The notes: generated from the letters alone by a model not told the origin. 64,000 bases of DNA from Octopus vulgaris (GCA_951406725.2 OX597820.1:26660001-26724000); one strand, 5' to 3'; shown: positions 38,940 through 53,684, numbered from the stretch's first letter. Program-made: numbers and translations.

Positions 38940-39152
38940 AAGGCGGTGAGCTGGCGGAATCATTCGCATGCCGGACAAAATGCTTAGCAGTATTTCGTCC
39001 GTCCTTACGTTCTGAGTTCAAATTCCGCCGCGGTCTACTTTGCCTTTCATCCTTTCGGCGTCGATAAAATAAGTACCAGTCGAGCACTGAAGTCGATGTA
39101 ATAGACTTACACTTCCCCCGAAATTTCTGGCCTTGTGCCAAAATTTGAAATC
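38940..39152 (+). mobile_element. Full-length SINE family A with a TSD of about 17 bp
   Basis: AATATTACAAAC(C/T)ATTT at 38923-38939 and 39153-39169. Confidence 0.88.
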
Positions 39153-41059
39153 AATATTACAAACTATTTGATCCAACAATCGATCATCCTACGATCCACA
39201 GTCTTCCAACACCTAAATGATATTCGTTTCTAATTTAGTCACAAGGCCAAGAATTTTGGTGGGAGGATATTTTCATCGACCCCAGTGTTTGACTGTTACT
39301 CTCTTTTTTTATTGGTCGTGAAAGAATGAAAGGCAAAGTGAGCTTGAAAGAATTCGAACTCAGAACGTAAAGAGCCGTTAACTCAATAGCACAAATGATT
39401 TTATCCGGCGCTCTACAAGTTTTGTTAGATAAAGATTACATATTCTGCAGGAAGTGGTATATGCTATTAAATTAACCATACAACTTTATTGAAGCTCCTA
39501 ATTTTGTTATCGTTCACATAATGAAGATACTCTTACTCTGCATTTTGTTCGCATCTTCTAAGGAGATGTATGAGCGCCATTATAGTATAAAAAGAGTCCA
39601 TCTGTATGGGTCAAGGCTTACCATTATATCTGTACATGTATGCGTGGTCTGGGGAAAACCAACAGTTGCCCATGTATAACTGACACCGATGTGCCGAGAA
39701 AAGCTACTGACTTGTTACCGACACTATCTAGCCCCAGTGTTGTCACAATCATTGCTTTCAGAACATGAAAAGCCGAAACAAATACTGTAAGTCATCTTCT
39801 TTGACTTCCTGAGAAGTTCACCAATCCACCGTCTTAGATTCGTACTTTCTATGCATCATCGAAAGGATGAAAGGCAAAGTTGACGTTGTCCGCATTTTAA
39901 CTCAGAATGCAGTGAACTGGAACAAATACGACGAGGCTTTCTATTCAACCTTCTAACATATTCTGAAAACAACTGTTACCTTGTCATCAGAAAATGTTCA
40001 TCTAAGAAGACATTTCCATACTGAGTATAATTATGATACAGACAATTTTAGCCGCTCCTGCAGCGGATATCAAAATGTTAAGAGTCAGAACAAAAGATTG
40101 TTTCTTATTTAGAAGATTTTTGGTGGGGAGGGGTTAATCAATTAGATTAATCCCAGTGCTGGAGAAGTACTTTATTTTATTGACACTGACTGGATGAAAG
40201 GCAAGTTGATCTCGGCAGGATTTGAACCCAGAACGTAAATAGTCGGAACGATCAAGTGTTTCTAATTTAGGTACAAGGCCATCAATATTGGCAGATGTAG
40301 TTAATCGATTACGTCGTTCCCAGTATTTGGCTGCTACAAAGTCAACAAGTTTTTTTTGGAACTGTGTAGTTAGTAATCCAATACAGCAGCCAACTAAAAT
40401 CAACAATGTAATAATACTTCCCCCAGATCTGGTGTTGTTTCAAGATACATAGACATCCGATACAGCATTCAAGAAAATACCAACACATTGATTAGCATGA
40501 GGTCACCAATCCACACTTTATGACATCCTGCCTACAGACCTGCTCTGTCTCAACATTCTAACTCTTCTACTGCTACAGTAGAAGGGACTTCTCGAATCAA
40601 GCTAAATTGGATCGCATCCATTCAGCTTGTCAGGAACAATTATCTCCCTTACTCCCCTCACGTCAACCATATTGTTTTCACTCACCAGTCTATGCACTAA
40701 CCACCATCAATACTAATATTTTTCTCAAAGGACGTTCTCACTCAGCAATTCCTTCTCTGCCCGTAAAACAGCAGTTGTTCAAGAATATCAACCATATCGA
40801 TGTCACTGGTCTTTGAGAACCAGTGAAGGCCATCGTAAGAACCTTTGTTCCAGACCAAACCATAAAAATATCCAATCCCCAAGTTTAGTTGTTTGCATGT
40901 CCAAAGCATTTTCATAAATTTGTCAAAAAGGGTCATGCTTATTTTCAGACGTTTAATTAACCCTTGTTATGAGTAATATAAAATTTTACTTTCCTAAGTC
41001 ACAATTTACTCTTGTGGTTGCAAAAAATAATGGCAATATGTAGCGTATAAGATTTACCA

Positions 41060-41450
41060 CGGCGAGCTGGCAGAGTTGTTAGCACATGTGGCGAAATGCT
41101 TAATGGTATTTCGTCTGCCGTTACGTTCTGAGTTCAAATTCCGCCGAGGTCGACTTTGCCTTTCATCCTTTCGGGGTCGATAAATTAAGTACCAGTTACT
41201 GGGGTCGATGTAATCGACTTAATTCCTTTGTCTGTCCTTGTTTGTCCCCTCTATGTTTAGCCCCTTGTGGGCAATAAAGAAATAGGTATTTCGTCCGTCT
41301 TTACGTTCTGAGTTCAGATTCCGCCGAGGCCGACTTTGCTTTTCAATCATTTTGGGGTCGATGAAATAAGTATCAGTTAAATACTGTGGTCAATGTAACC
41401 GACATCCCCCTCTCCTAAAATTGCTGGGTTAGGATATCAAAATTAGAAAC
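41060..41450 (+). mobile_element. Dimeric SINE family A
   Basis: Same AAAGAAATA|GGTATTTCGTC junction as 13527-13930. Confidence 0.85.
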
Positions 41451-42008
41451 TATCGTGCATCATATAAGATGCATAGATGCTAGGGAAATACGTCCTGTGT
41501 GCCACACGTGTCACACTGGACAGGAAAAGGAATAAAATCGAATGTCTACAGAGACACACACACCTACATACAAGTGCGTGTATGTGTGTGAGTCATTATT
41601 AAAAAACAAAACAAAACGAATACAAATAAGGAAGTGATCAACCGATGTAGTTTCAGCTGTGTTTCGTGTAAATTGTAGGAAGTAGAATGAACTAAATTCT
41701 TGAATTCCGTTAGATATGGACCTGTTTAAAAAGTATATGAACTTATGAAATAATTTTAAACACTTGTGTAACGTAGCTACGTCGACATCCCTGGTGTGTC
41801 TCATAAACTAGATGGTGGCATATGTACAGAAGACAAACAGAAAGTAAAGCACAAAATTTAAACAAGAGGAAAAAAAAAACTGAAAAATATTTTTAATGTC
41901 CTTTTGTTATGAAAGATGTATTATATGTTTGTATTACGTGAGATAAATTTTTTCTGTTATGTTACGTATGTCAACGTATCTGTCTGTCTGTCTGTCTGCC
42001 TGTCTACG

Positions 42009-42069
<61 letters not shown>

Positions 42070-42070
42070 G

Positions 42071-42169
<99 letters not shown>

Positions 42170-42324
42170 GTCTGTCTGTCTGTCTGTCAATCTATAATTT
42201 ATTATGTACATATGTAAGTATATGCGTGTGTGTATGTGTTTGTATAACAACAACAACAACGACAACAACAACAATAATAATAATAATAATGATAATAACA
42301 ATAGTAATAATGATAAATGGCCTG

Positions 42325-42872
42325 ATGCAGAATCAGGCAGGGCTCTCATGACTTCTGATCTTAACTGATTGGAAATATTATCATGTACATTGTTTTGTCT
42401 TAGTATAAAAGATGGGTCACAGCAAATATTCTGCTCAATACCACAGATTTGCTTGTCAGTTCTTTGACCTTAAACAGTTGAGCAGGTCCTTAGTGGCTGA
42501 TGATATGCACATCTCTGATCACGAGCAGAAGTAGTGGGGGAGCATCATAGCCATGTGTTTGAGAGGGAATCTTTGGAGGTTGGATAATTCACTTATGGAA
42601 ACATGAATGTTTCGTTCAACAGCCTTAAACAAGCCTTATTCAGGGAACTTTTTGAGTGGGATGGGCTACTCGACCAGAAGAAAATTCTAACTGGGCCCCA
42701 CCTGCAAGGTCGTGCGCTGTTTATCTTGATATGAGCTCACTACGTCGCGCACATATGGTTGTGATGCATGTGCCTGGTGTACCCTTATCAGACGGGTAGT
42801 CATGATGGGTATATTGGGCTTCGTATATTTTACCCCAGTGTCACTTTGATGGCATGCACTGCTCTCTCACTC

Positions 42873-42924
<52 letters not shown>
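42325..42924 (+). mobile_element. Unclassified retroposon-like repeat ending in a (TAA)n tail
   Basis: Ends CTCTCACTC(AAT)n; an internal segment recurs diverged at about 28915-29085. Confidence 0.65.
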
Positions 42925-42926
<2 letters not shown>

Positions 42927-43644
42927 CGCTATTTAATTAAGAGCTAGTTCAGTATTAATCTTTTGAAGTACATATTACACACAGTTTTATAATATCATAT
43001 ATAAACTTGTCTATTATATATATTTACTTTTCTTAAATTACCAACATATCATATTAGAGGGTTGTTGGCCATAACTTTTCTATATCTTGTCCTCAGCAAG
43101 CAGGCGAAGAAAACGAACGAAATGAATAAATGAAGAGAGCAAACAATTTTGATGTAGTCTATTTAGAGTTTGATAAGCCTAAAATGTTAAGTCGTGGACA
43201 GAATACAAAGAGAAATCAATGAAAAAGTCTCTACACAGTAGCTCGATCTGCTACAATTAGCGGTTAAATATTCCACAAATCACACACTATCACTAGGACC
43301 GTCTTAACAACATTATAGCCCAACCCCGAGCGAAGTAACGCAGTGGGACCTATAGTATTTTGATGTGTGAGAGAAAGTAGAGGAATGTATAAACCATAGT
43401 ATAGGTGGATTTGTATAGTGGGCCCCTAGATTCGTGACTATGCCATTAGAAGGCATTGCCTACCATCTGGAAAAGGACATGAGGCGAGAGAGACCAGACT
43501 GGATGATGTGGTCCTAGGTGCATTTGGTCAAGGAAATAGGACTGAATGAAGAAGAAGAAGAAGAAGAAGAATAAGAATAATAATAATAAGAAGAAGAAGA
43601 AGAAGAAGAACAACAACAACAACAACAACAATAATAATAATAAT

Positions 43645-43907
43645 ACTTTCTATTATAGGCACAAGACCTGAAGTTTTTTGGGGAGGGGACTAGTCGATTA
43701 CATTGACCCTAGAATTTCACTGGTACTTAATTTATCGACCCCGAAAGGATGAAAGGCAAAGTCGAGAACTCGGTGGAATTTGAACTCAGAACGTAGAGAT
43801 AGACGAAATACTGCTAAGCATTTCGCCCGGCGTGCTAACGATTTTGTCAGCTCACCACCTTAAAAATAATGATGATAATACTACTACTAATAATAATGAT
43901 AATAATG

Positions 43908-43966
<59 letters not shown>

Positions 43967-44867
43967 TTTGGCACTTGCAGGGAAGTGGAGGGGGGATAGT
44001 CGATTACATGGACCGCATGGTACTTATTTTAACAAGCCAGAAAGGGTGAAAGGCTAAGTCAATCTCGGGGAAATTTGAACTCAGTGCGTAAAGGCAGGCG
44101 AAATGCCGCTAAGCATTTTACCCGGCTTGCAAACAATTCTGTCAGCTCGTTGCCTTATGAACTACGACACCGATAATAATAACAGTTTCACAACAACAAA
44201 AGGAACATCGGATAATCTTTTTTTCTATAGAGAGAGGGTCTGAAATTTTTGGGGAGGGGGCTAGTCGATTACATCAACCCCAGTAATAGACTGGTACTTA
44301 TTTTATCCACCCCTTGAAAGGGATGACAGGTAAGATGGATCTCGGCATAATTTTAACCCAGAATGTAAAGCCGGAAGAAATACCTATTTCTTTACTACCC
44401 ACAAGGGGCTAAACACAGAGGGGACAAACAAGGACAGACAAACGAATTAACTCGATTATATCGACCCCAGTGCGTAACTGGTACTTAATTTATCGACCCC
44501 GAAAGGATGAAAGGCAAAGTCGACATCGGCGGAATTTGAACACAGAACGTAGCGGTAGACGAAATACATATTTCTTTACTACCCACAAGGGGCTAAACAT
44601 AGAGGAGACAAACAAGGACAGACAAACGGATTAAGTCGATTACATCGACTCCAGTGCGTAACTGGTACTTAATTTATCGGCCTCGAAAGAATGAAAGGCA
44701 AAATCGACCTCGGCGGAATTTGAACGTAGAACGTAGCGGCAGGCGAAATACCGCTAAACATTTCGCCCGGCGTGCTAACGACTCTACCAGCTCGCCGCCC
44801 TAGCCGGAAGAAATACCGTTACGCACTTTGTCCGGCGTGCTAAGGATTCAACCATTTCGCCGCCTTA
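43645..44867 (-). mobile_element. Cluster of nested and tandem SINE family A copies
   Basis: Several minus-strand bodies; a dimer at 44385-44801 is flanked by the 16-bp direct repeat AGCCGGAAGAAATACC (44369-44384, 44802-44817). Confidence 0.85.
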
Positions 44868-45037
44868 ACAACAACGATTACAAAACCAACATCATTGATA
44901 GCAACAACAGCATTAACAACAATAATAGAAAAAGAACATGTATATCAATTTGAATAATAAAAGTGGGGGGTGGGGATTGAAAACGAGGAAACAAACAAAA
45001 GCAAACATAATCGATATAATTGGTTAATTTGAATTAC

Positions 45038-45134
45038 CTGAGGATAGAACCGACGATATCAGTATTTGTAATAAGATGTATATATGACAGAGGTCAGATA
45101 ATGACCTCCGTCCATCTACAGAGACAACAGACAT
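45038..45134 (-). CDS. First coding exon (whole exon 45187-45038) encoding a signal-peptide-like N-terminus
   Basis: Acceptor gtttctttacag| at 45187, in-frame TAA upstream of the ATG at 45134, MSVVSVDGRRSLSDLCHIYILLQILISSVLSS, donor CAG|gtaatt in phase 1, giving G|AA=E in frame with exon 30826. Confidence 0.7.
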
Positions 45135-46783
45135 GTCACCCGGACGGGTTTGGAGACCTGTTAAGTCTGGCCTACCTTCTTAAGGTTCTGTAAAGAAACT
45201 GTTGTTTGGGGATAGGGTGGGGATAGGGGTGTTAAGTGGGTGGGTGGGGTGGGGGTGGAAAGTGACTCATCTTTCCTCAACCCTCGTTGCTACTCTCCCT
45301 CTTTCTTTTTCTCTCCTACTCTCTCTGCCTCTTTCTCTCGCTCTCCTTCTTTCTCTTTTTACAGTCACCTGTCAAATACTATCGCCATCACCATCACCGT
45401 CACCACAACCGCTGTCACTACTATCAACATAACCACGACGACGACAACCACCACAACCACCACCACCATCACCATCACCATCACCATCACCATCAACCAA
45501 CACTACTACAAGACTCACCGGCACTAATACCTCAACCACCACCACCACTACCATCACCACCATCTGTACGGCTGTCAACACAACCTTCAACACAACCAGT
45601 ACCAATACCATCGCCAACACCAGTAGCGCCAGTTGCACTATCGCCACCACCATTACCACCACTACTCCCACCATCACCGTCACATCACCACCACCACCAC
45701 CACCACCACCACCACACCACCACTCCATCACCATAATCACCAGCACCAGCACCAGTAGCGCCATCACCACCACCACCACCACCATCACCAGTAGCGCCAT
45801 CACCACCACCACTGATAATACTATAGACAATAGCATCAATACCACTACCACCACCACCAGCAACAACAACAACGTCAAGAACAAGAATCGGAAAAGACGC
45901 CCTTTCCTGTTGTGCACCTGTTAGAAATAGCAGCAAAATCCACCCTCTCTCGCCTCAGATTTTAAACATACTCTCTTGGTTTATTATCAAAGGCTGAAAC
46001 GCCTTTGATCACAAATAGATTTGCGGGTTCCGGGTTGACATGGGATTGGGAATAAACAACAACAACAACAGCAACTACAACAACAAACAACAGTATCATC
46101 ATCGTCATCATCGTGGTTGTGTTGTAAGAAGCTTACTTCTCAAACACGAGGTTCCGGGTTCAGTCTCACTGCATAGCACCTTGGACAGGTGTCTTCTACT
46201 TTAGCCTCGTGATTGGATTTGGTAGACGGAAACTGAAAGAAGCCCGTCGTATATATATATATGTATGTCAGCCCACTTCAAACTTTCTTCGATCTTTCCT
46301 CTTTTCTTTTTCTCGCTCCCTATTTCTCACATTTCTTGGCCTTCCTTTCATTCTCATTTTCCCTCCTCTTTTACTTCACTCCGTCCCTTTCCTTTTGTCT
46401 TTCCTTTTCACTCTTTCTTGCCCATCCCTAATTCTTCTATCCCTCTGCCCATACCTCTTTCCTTCCACATGACCGGTGTTCCGCCAAGCCTGACCTTTCT
46501 TTTTTGGTTCGACTACCATCCGTGTAGCATCTCTTATAGTCCTTCCCATGCCTGTCACCTCTTATGACCCTGCCATAAAGCTTCACTTCCACACACGCCT
46601 CCTTAATTTAATTCGTCCTTAGTCGAAAGACACCTGTTGTTAATGTCCTGTTGTTTGTATTTGTAAATGTGCACCATTTCTAACTGCGTGACACCTTGGG
46701 CAAGTGTCTTCTCCTATAGCCTCTGGCCGACCAAAGCCTTGTGAGTGGATTTGGTAGACGGAAACTGAAAGAAGCCCGTCGTG

Positions 46784-46843
<60 letters not shown>

Positions 46844-47774
46844 TATGTGTGTGTGTGGGTGTTTGTATGATTGTGTGTCTGTGTTTGTCCCCCCCCACCA
46901 TCGCTTGACAACCGATGCTGGTGTGTCTATTTCCTCGTAACTTAGTAGCTCGGCAAAAGAGACCTATAGAATAAGTACTAGGCTTACAAAGAATAAGTCC
47001 CGGGGCCTATTTGTTCGACCAAAGGCGGTGCTCCAGCATGGCCACAGTGAAAGGCCTGCAACAACAACAACAACAACAGCAACAAAACAGCCGACAGAAA
47101 CCGGAGTGCCCTGTTCCCACCAGTGACACCCTAACAACCCTCTCACCGCTACCACCATCGCCCATCGCCCATCACCACTACAACCACCATCGTTATAACC
47201 ACTGCGTTGCTTGCCACAACTCTTCCTACTACTTCTGTGTCGAAACTCAACACACCTTTCGCCACCGCCACCAATTTGAGCCGTTCTCTCCAACCTTTCC
47301 TATCAACTGCATCCCTACTCCTTAGTATCCGCCCCTCCCAATACCTTGTTTGCCCTTGTTTTGATTGGACCTAAAAATAAAGGACCTTGTTCGCAATAAC
47401 GACTTGTATACCCTCAACACACCCTCACCACCACCACCACCACCACCACCACCGCCGCCGTTACCACCGCCACCGCCACCGCCGCCACCACCGCCACCAT
47501 CACCAGAAAAATTGAAATTTTTGTTTGTTCGTAAATTTTTTGTAATTTTTTAAAAACTTACAAAGACTATAAGAAAAAGTCCACCATCACCATCACCGTC
47601 TCCTAAATCGATTTACAGCATCAAGGCCACAACCACAATTACAGCCATTGGTCACACTAGCACCACCACGACCAACAACAACACATATCATTATGTGTGT
47701 ATATTTACATAAGTATGCCTGGATATGCATGATGTGTGGGAATGTGTGTAGGTTCTTGCGTATCTGTTTGTCTG

Positions 47775-47858
<84 letters not shown>

Positions 47859-47959
47859 CCTACCTACCTACATACCTACCTACCTGCCTGTCTGTCTGGC
47901 TGGCTATCTACCTACCTACCTACCTACCTACCTACCTACCTACCTACCTACCTACATAC

Positions 47960-48049
<90 letters not shown>

Positions 48050-49150
48050 GTCTATCTATCTGTCTGTCTGCTTGTCCGTCTGTTTGTCTGTCTACACATG
48101 CTCGAAATGGGAAGTAGATAGCCGACAACCGATGAAGGGTTGTTTTCCAATACGTTTGCGTATTTAACTTGTTTGTTTTCGTATTTCATGTTGTTTACAC
48201 AGTTGGTGACGTCCTGTACCCATATATGCACACACATTTATATAATAAATATATATATACACATACACATATGTATGTACATATATTTATACACATAGAC
48301 GCACATACATATATACATAAATGTATGTATATGCATATTTATGTTTCTCTCTCTCTTCCTATATGTATATATTTTTTCTCTTTTACTTGTTTCGGTCATA
48401 TGACTGCGGCCATGCTGGAGCACCGCCTTTAGTTGAGCAAATCGACCCCAGGACTTATTCTTCGTAAGCCTAGTACTTATTCTATCAGTTTCGTTTGCCT
48501 AAGTGCTAGATACGGGGACGTAAACACACCAACATCGATTGTCAAATGATGGTGGGTAACAAATACAGACATATACACACACCCTCACACCCACACACAC
48601 CCACACACACCAACATATATATTTGTATATACAATGAGCTTCTTTCAGTTTCCGTCTACCAAATCCACTCACAAGAAGGACTTGGTCGGCCGGAGGCTAT
48701 AGTAGAAGACACTTGCCCAAGATGCCATGCAGTGGGACTGAACCCGGAACCATGTGGTTGGGAAGCAAGCTTCTTAACACACAGCCACGCCTAGACACGC
48801 ACACACACACGTATACGTGTATGTATGTATGTATGTATGTATGTATGTATGTATGTATGTATGTATGTTGTGCATGTATATGCGCATACATACACAAACA
48901 CACGCACAAGTATGTGTATTTGTTTATTTACGTACAATGAATGCCACTATTTGCGGGTGGATAATAGGTGTATGTGTGTGTGTGAGATGTGTGCGTCTTT
49001 AGTGTGTCTGTGTATGGGTATGTATGCGTGGTTGCGTGAATATATGGGTTTAAGTATACGTATGCAATAGGTGTGTATGTGTTGGTATGCGTTGATGTGT
49101 ATGTTGCGTGGATTATATATATATATATATATAGATATATATCACAATCG

Positions 49151-49184
<34 letters not shown>

Positions 49185-49219
49185 TTATATATATTTATAT
49201 ATAGAAATATATCACAATC

Positions 49220-49275
<56 letters not shown>

Positions 49276-49994
49276 GGTTGTGAACAGCGTTCGCCATTCA
49301 TATATGATGTCCGCGCCCTTAAATTTAACAATGGAAACATCTGACGGAAAGAAAGACCTAAGTGGAGCTAGTACGCCATTTTGTTTTCCTTTCTTCGCTA
49401 AAAATACAATGTATGTATACATACACTACATCTCTCTTTGTCCTCCTGATCTTGACTCTTTCAGTCGTTGAGTTACGGGGTTAATTGGGGCGTCGCCTCC
49501 GATGGTTTTAGGTTTTTATTTATCATATCAGCCCCATTGCTTCATATAATATATATATATATATATATCTTTGTGAGAATGTGAGTGTGTGTATGTGTGT
49601 TTAGGCATGTATTGCTTTTATGTGAAGTTTATATAAAAGCAATTTGACATTACGCTGAAGAATTACTCAACACCTTTTAATAGAACACGTATTTATATAC
49701 TTTTACAACGAAAAAATTGACAGTAACTTCGATGTTTTCGTTCAACAGCATTCTACATGAGTGCGCGTGTGTGTATGTATGTATGTATGTATGTATGTAT
49801 GTATGTATGTATGTATGTATGTATGTATGTATGTATGGATATATATATATATATATATATGTTTGTGTGTGTGTGTACACACATATACACGCACACCTTG
49901 AACTCTCCTGTGCATGCGCACTAAGTCTTAACGTTCTAGCTCACCTCCGCTATTTACAGCAGTGATTGGAAAGAAGGTGTGTAGCGTTTGATCG

Positions 49995-51425
49995 TCGCAT
50001 TAATTGAAAATAATATAATAAAGTTTCTTGAGTATATCCCATCAATACTTCATATTTTACATGTTTTCCTTTTGTTTTTATATCCGCTCTAATGCGTTTT
50101 TGCATATTTTGAATAATTGGTTGGGGCAATTTTCTGCCATTCAATGTGTGATGCTAACATTTTTTCCTATATTTTTAGTGAATATCTTATTGTTAACTTA
50201 CCAGTGGTTAATCTTTGTTGAAAATGTTTATGAAGAAACAGATTTCTGAAGCTCAAAGAGCTCAAATCATTGCATTGTTCAGAGAAGAATTATCCTAAAT
50301 CAAAAAAACCCGGACTGCTCCAGAAACGGTATCCAAACAACCACCAAAAGGTACAGTGAGATCAATTCTTTCGAAAACCGTGATGGTCACAATCGCAAAA
50401 AGGTGTACAACCCCGAGGGAAGACAAGTTGCTGAAGAGGACATCTCTGGCCGATAGGGAAAAAACCCCACCTATTCTGATGTATCTGCTGAGTTTCGGGC
50501 AGCAACAAAGTGATATCAAGTCGCACAGTGAGAAGATGGTTATTAGAAGCTCGGCTCAAAGGATGTAAGGCGAGAAAGAAACCGTGGCTCTCCGAGATGA
50601 ACAAAAAGAAGCGATTCTCTTGGGAAAAAGAGCATAGAGATTGGATTTATGGTAATTGAGCTAAAGTTCTTAAGTCCGATAAAAGCAACATTTGAAGTTT
50701 GTTCACAATATTAGTTTCCACCAATTTTTTTGGCATAATTGAATTTATTACGCTTGTACGCATTTTTTATTGGCTACCAAAAATGATCAGTAAAATTTGT
50801 ATTTCTTCTCAGATCTTTGGAACCCCTGGAGCTGTTAATGCTCGTCGAAGAGTTGGGGAAGCTTATGATCCTAGATGTGTTGTCCCAGCAATTAAATTTT
50901 GGAGGTGGTAGGGTAATGGTTTGGGGGTTGCATGTCGTTTTCAAGCCCAGGAATGTTTTTCAGTTGCAAAGGCATAATGAATTCCAACACTTACACCAGC
51001 ATGTTAGACCAAGATTATCAACTTTCTTTAGGTAAAAATTTCGATAACAGACCAGATGATATAATTATTCCAACAAGCCAATGCCCCATGTCACACATCC
51101 AGAGTCTCAATGGGCTGGTTTGAAGAGAATGGGGTGGAGTTGATGGAATGGTCCCCCCTCAATCTCCTGACCTCAACCCCACAGAACATTTGTGATCACA
51201 CTCGGATACCAGAGCGAAGGGGCACAAATGTTCTTCAAAAGTGAATTAACAGCCAAAATTCATGAAGAGTGGCAGAAAACTGAGCCTACCACTTATGCCA
51301 ACTTAGTCTCAAGTATGCAAAAACGCAAAGAAACGGTTATAAAAGCAAAAGGAGGACACATCAAATATTAATTATTAATATAATATACTCAAACATGTTT
51401 ATTGTTATTTCAGTTATGAAATAAA
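49995..51425 (+). mobile_element. Degenerate Tc1-family DNA transposon with long inverted repeats
   Basis: About 50000-50160 is a diverged reverse complement of about 51255-51420; transposase relic lies between. Confidence 0.75.
50230..51371 (+). pseudogene. Tc1-like DD34E transposase pseudogene with one intron (50697-50812)
   Basis: MKKQISEAQRAQIIAL, TTPREDK, KPWLSE.NKKKR, KVLKSD, KFGGGRVMVWG, QQANAPCH, SPDLNPTEH, SMQKR..VIKAKGGHIKY*; gtttgt...ttctcag intron. Confidence 0.88.
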
Positions 51426-51638
51426 AGAGTTTCAATCATATTCCCTACTTTTTCATAGGGTTGGAACGTAACTCCTTGGATATTCCAGGGATTGCTGTAA
51501 TTAAGATGTACTTGCATAGCAAGTGACCTGATCTGAGATCGTGTGCTGGAACGAAAACAATTGCAGCGTGGAAGGTGTTTATAAGCCAGTTAAGAAACAC
51601 ACAAAAACCGTTAGATTCACTTCAAGATTTAAATTTAA

Positions 51639-51689
51639 TTTGTCAAAATATTTTCGTCGCTTTGAGACCGCGACCTGTTCCCTGACAAA
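51639..51689 (-). ncRNA. G3-C8 variant hammerhead-like motif within a repeat of about 200 bp (about 51500-51705)
   Basis: tttgtca GGGAACA g gtcgc-ggtctcaaa-gcgac GAAA atatt T tgacaaa; perfect 7-bp stem I, 5-bp stem II, palindromic stem III. Confidence 0.6.
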
Positions 51690-51969
51690 ATTTCATGCTG
51701 CATCTATGTAATTAAGTTGATCTTACAAACAATAAATATATTCTGCTCTAGGTATTTATTTTTTCTATTTGTCAGTTAATATGTAAACAGAAGTATTCAC
51801 AAATATAATACCATTACTATATGTGTATGTGTCTGTTTGTGTGTGCGCTCGCGTGTGTTTTCGTACGTGTATGTGCGAATATTTCGTTTGATTAAGTCGT
51901 ACTTTGGACATTATCAAATACCAACTTTTGAGGACGTTGGTTGGAATTTGAGGGCTATCTGTGTGTTAT

Positions 51970-52380
51970 TAGGAGTGGCTGTGTGGTAAGCAGCTTGCTT
52001 ACGAACTACATAGTTTCCGGGTTCAATCCCACTGCGTGGCACCTTGGGCAAGTGTCTTCTACTATAGCCTCAGGCCGACCAAAGCCTTGTGAGTGGATTT
52101 GGTAGACGGAAACTGAAACAAGCCCGTCGTATATATACATATATATGTATGTTTGTGTGTGTATATGTTTGTGTTTCTGTGTTTGTCCCCCTCCACCAAC
52201 ATCGCTTGACAACCGATGCTGGTGTGTTTACGTTCCCGTAACTTAGCGGTTCGGCAAAAGAGAACCAACAGAATAAGTACTAGGCTTACAAAGATTAAGT
52301 CCTGGGGTCGATTTGCTCGACTAAAGGCGGTGCTCCAGCATGGCCACAGTCAAATGACTGAAACAAGTAAAAGAGTAAAA
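51970..52380 (+). mobile_element. SINE family B, full length
   Basis: tRNA-like head AGGAGTGGCTGTGTGGTAAG..GGGTTCAATCCC, internal (TA)/(TG) tract, tail GAAACAAGTAAAAGAGTAAAA. Confidence 0.9.
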
Positions 52381-52860
52381 GGTCAAGTCGAGTGACCGCA
52401 TAAATCAGGCGTGGGCAACATTTTTTCGAGACACGGTCAGCATCTGACATGGCGCATCATCAGGTGGGCCGCAATACTGCACGCAGGTGTGCACAACCCC
52501 ATCCACCGCCCCTCCATCACATTAACACTTACATATATACACATAGTTAAACGTAATGTGAAACACACTGACAGACAGATTGACAGATACACACACCGGC
52601 ATACGTGTGCATGTATGTCTGTGTGTATATGGACATGTGTATGTGTTTTTATTTGACAATAGTCGTTCCTGAATTAGCAACTAACGCTTATATTTCTGTG
52701 TTTAGAATGAAGGTATGGCTACTATACGGATTCATCGGTGTTTACAAGTGGTTTTCCTGTGTATGTAAGGGACGTCTTGTCATCATCACGCTTGTCTGTG
52801 ATTATATTTATATACACCCACAGATACGTGCGCGTATGTACACATGCACACACAAACACA

Positions 52861-52921
<61 letters not shown>

Positions 52922-53047
52922 ATATGAGTACATATAAATGACATGTTTATATAAACGAATATACATAAATACATGATTTTTGTGAATGTTTCTATATACA
53001 CCCACAGAAGATACATAGAGGTAAATATCCATGCATACATATACATA

Positions 53048-53083
<36 letters not shown>

Positions 53084-53151
53084 TATACGTGTGTGTCGGG
53101 GTGTATAGTTACATGCACAAGTGTGTATATACACATAAACATATCAATACA

Positions 53152-53203
<52 letters not shown>

Positions 53204-53595
53204 CATGCACACACACACAAACATATATATATATATATATATTATATATAGTTAATCCAAACAAGAAAACAAAAACAAAAAAACAACAACGCAAGGACGT
53301 GGAACAAATAAAGTATTATTGGACGCTATATATATATCTGTATGTATAAATGTGCATGTATATATGTACTTGCAAATACATACACACACACACGTTTAAC
53401 TATAAACACATAAGCATAGATAAAGACATATACTCTTCATAAACCTATTCTCAGAGCCAAATTCTTGCCGTCACAGGTACACATTGACACATGTTTGCCT
53501 TTTATTCCAACGAATTTACTCTACATAGATTGGCGATCCTTTCTTTCTTTGTGTGTGTAGGTGTGTGTGTGTGTGTTTGTGTGTGTGAGTGTTTC

Positions 53596-53684
<89 letters not shown>

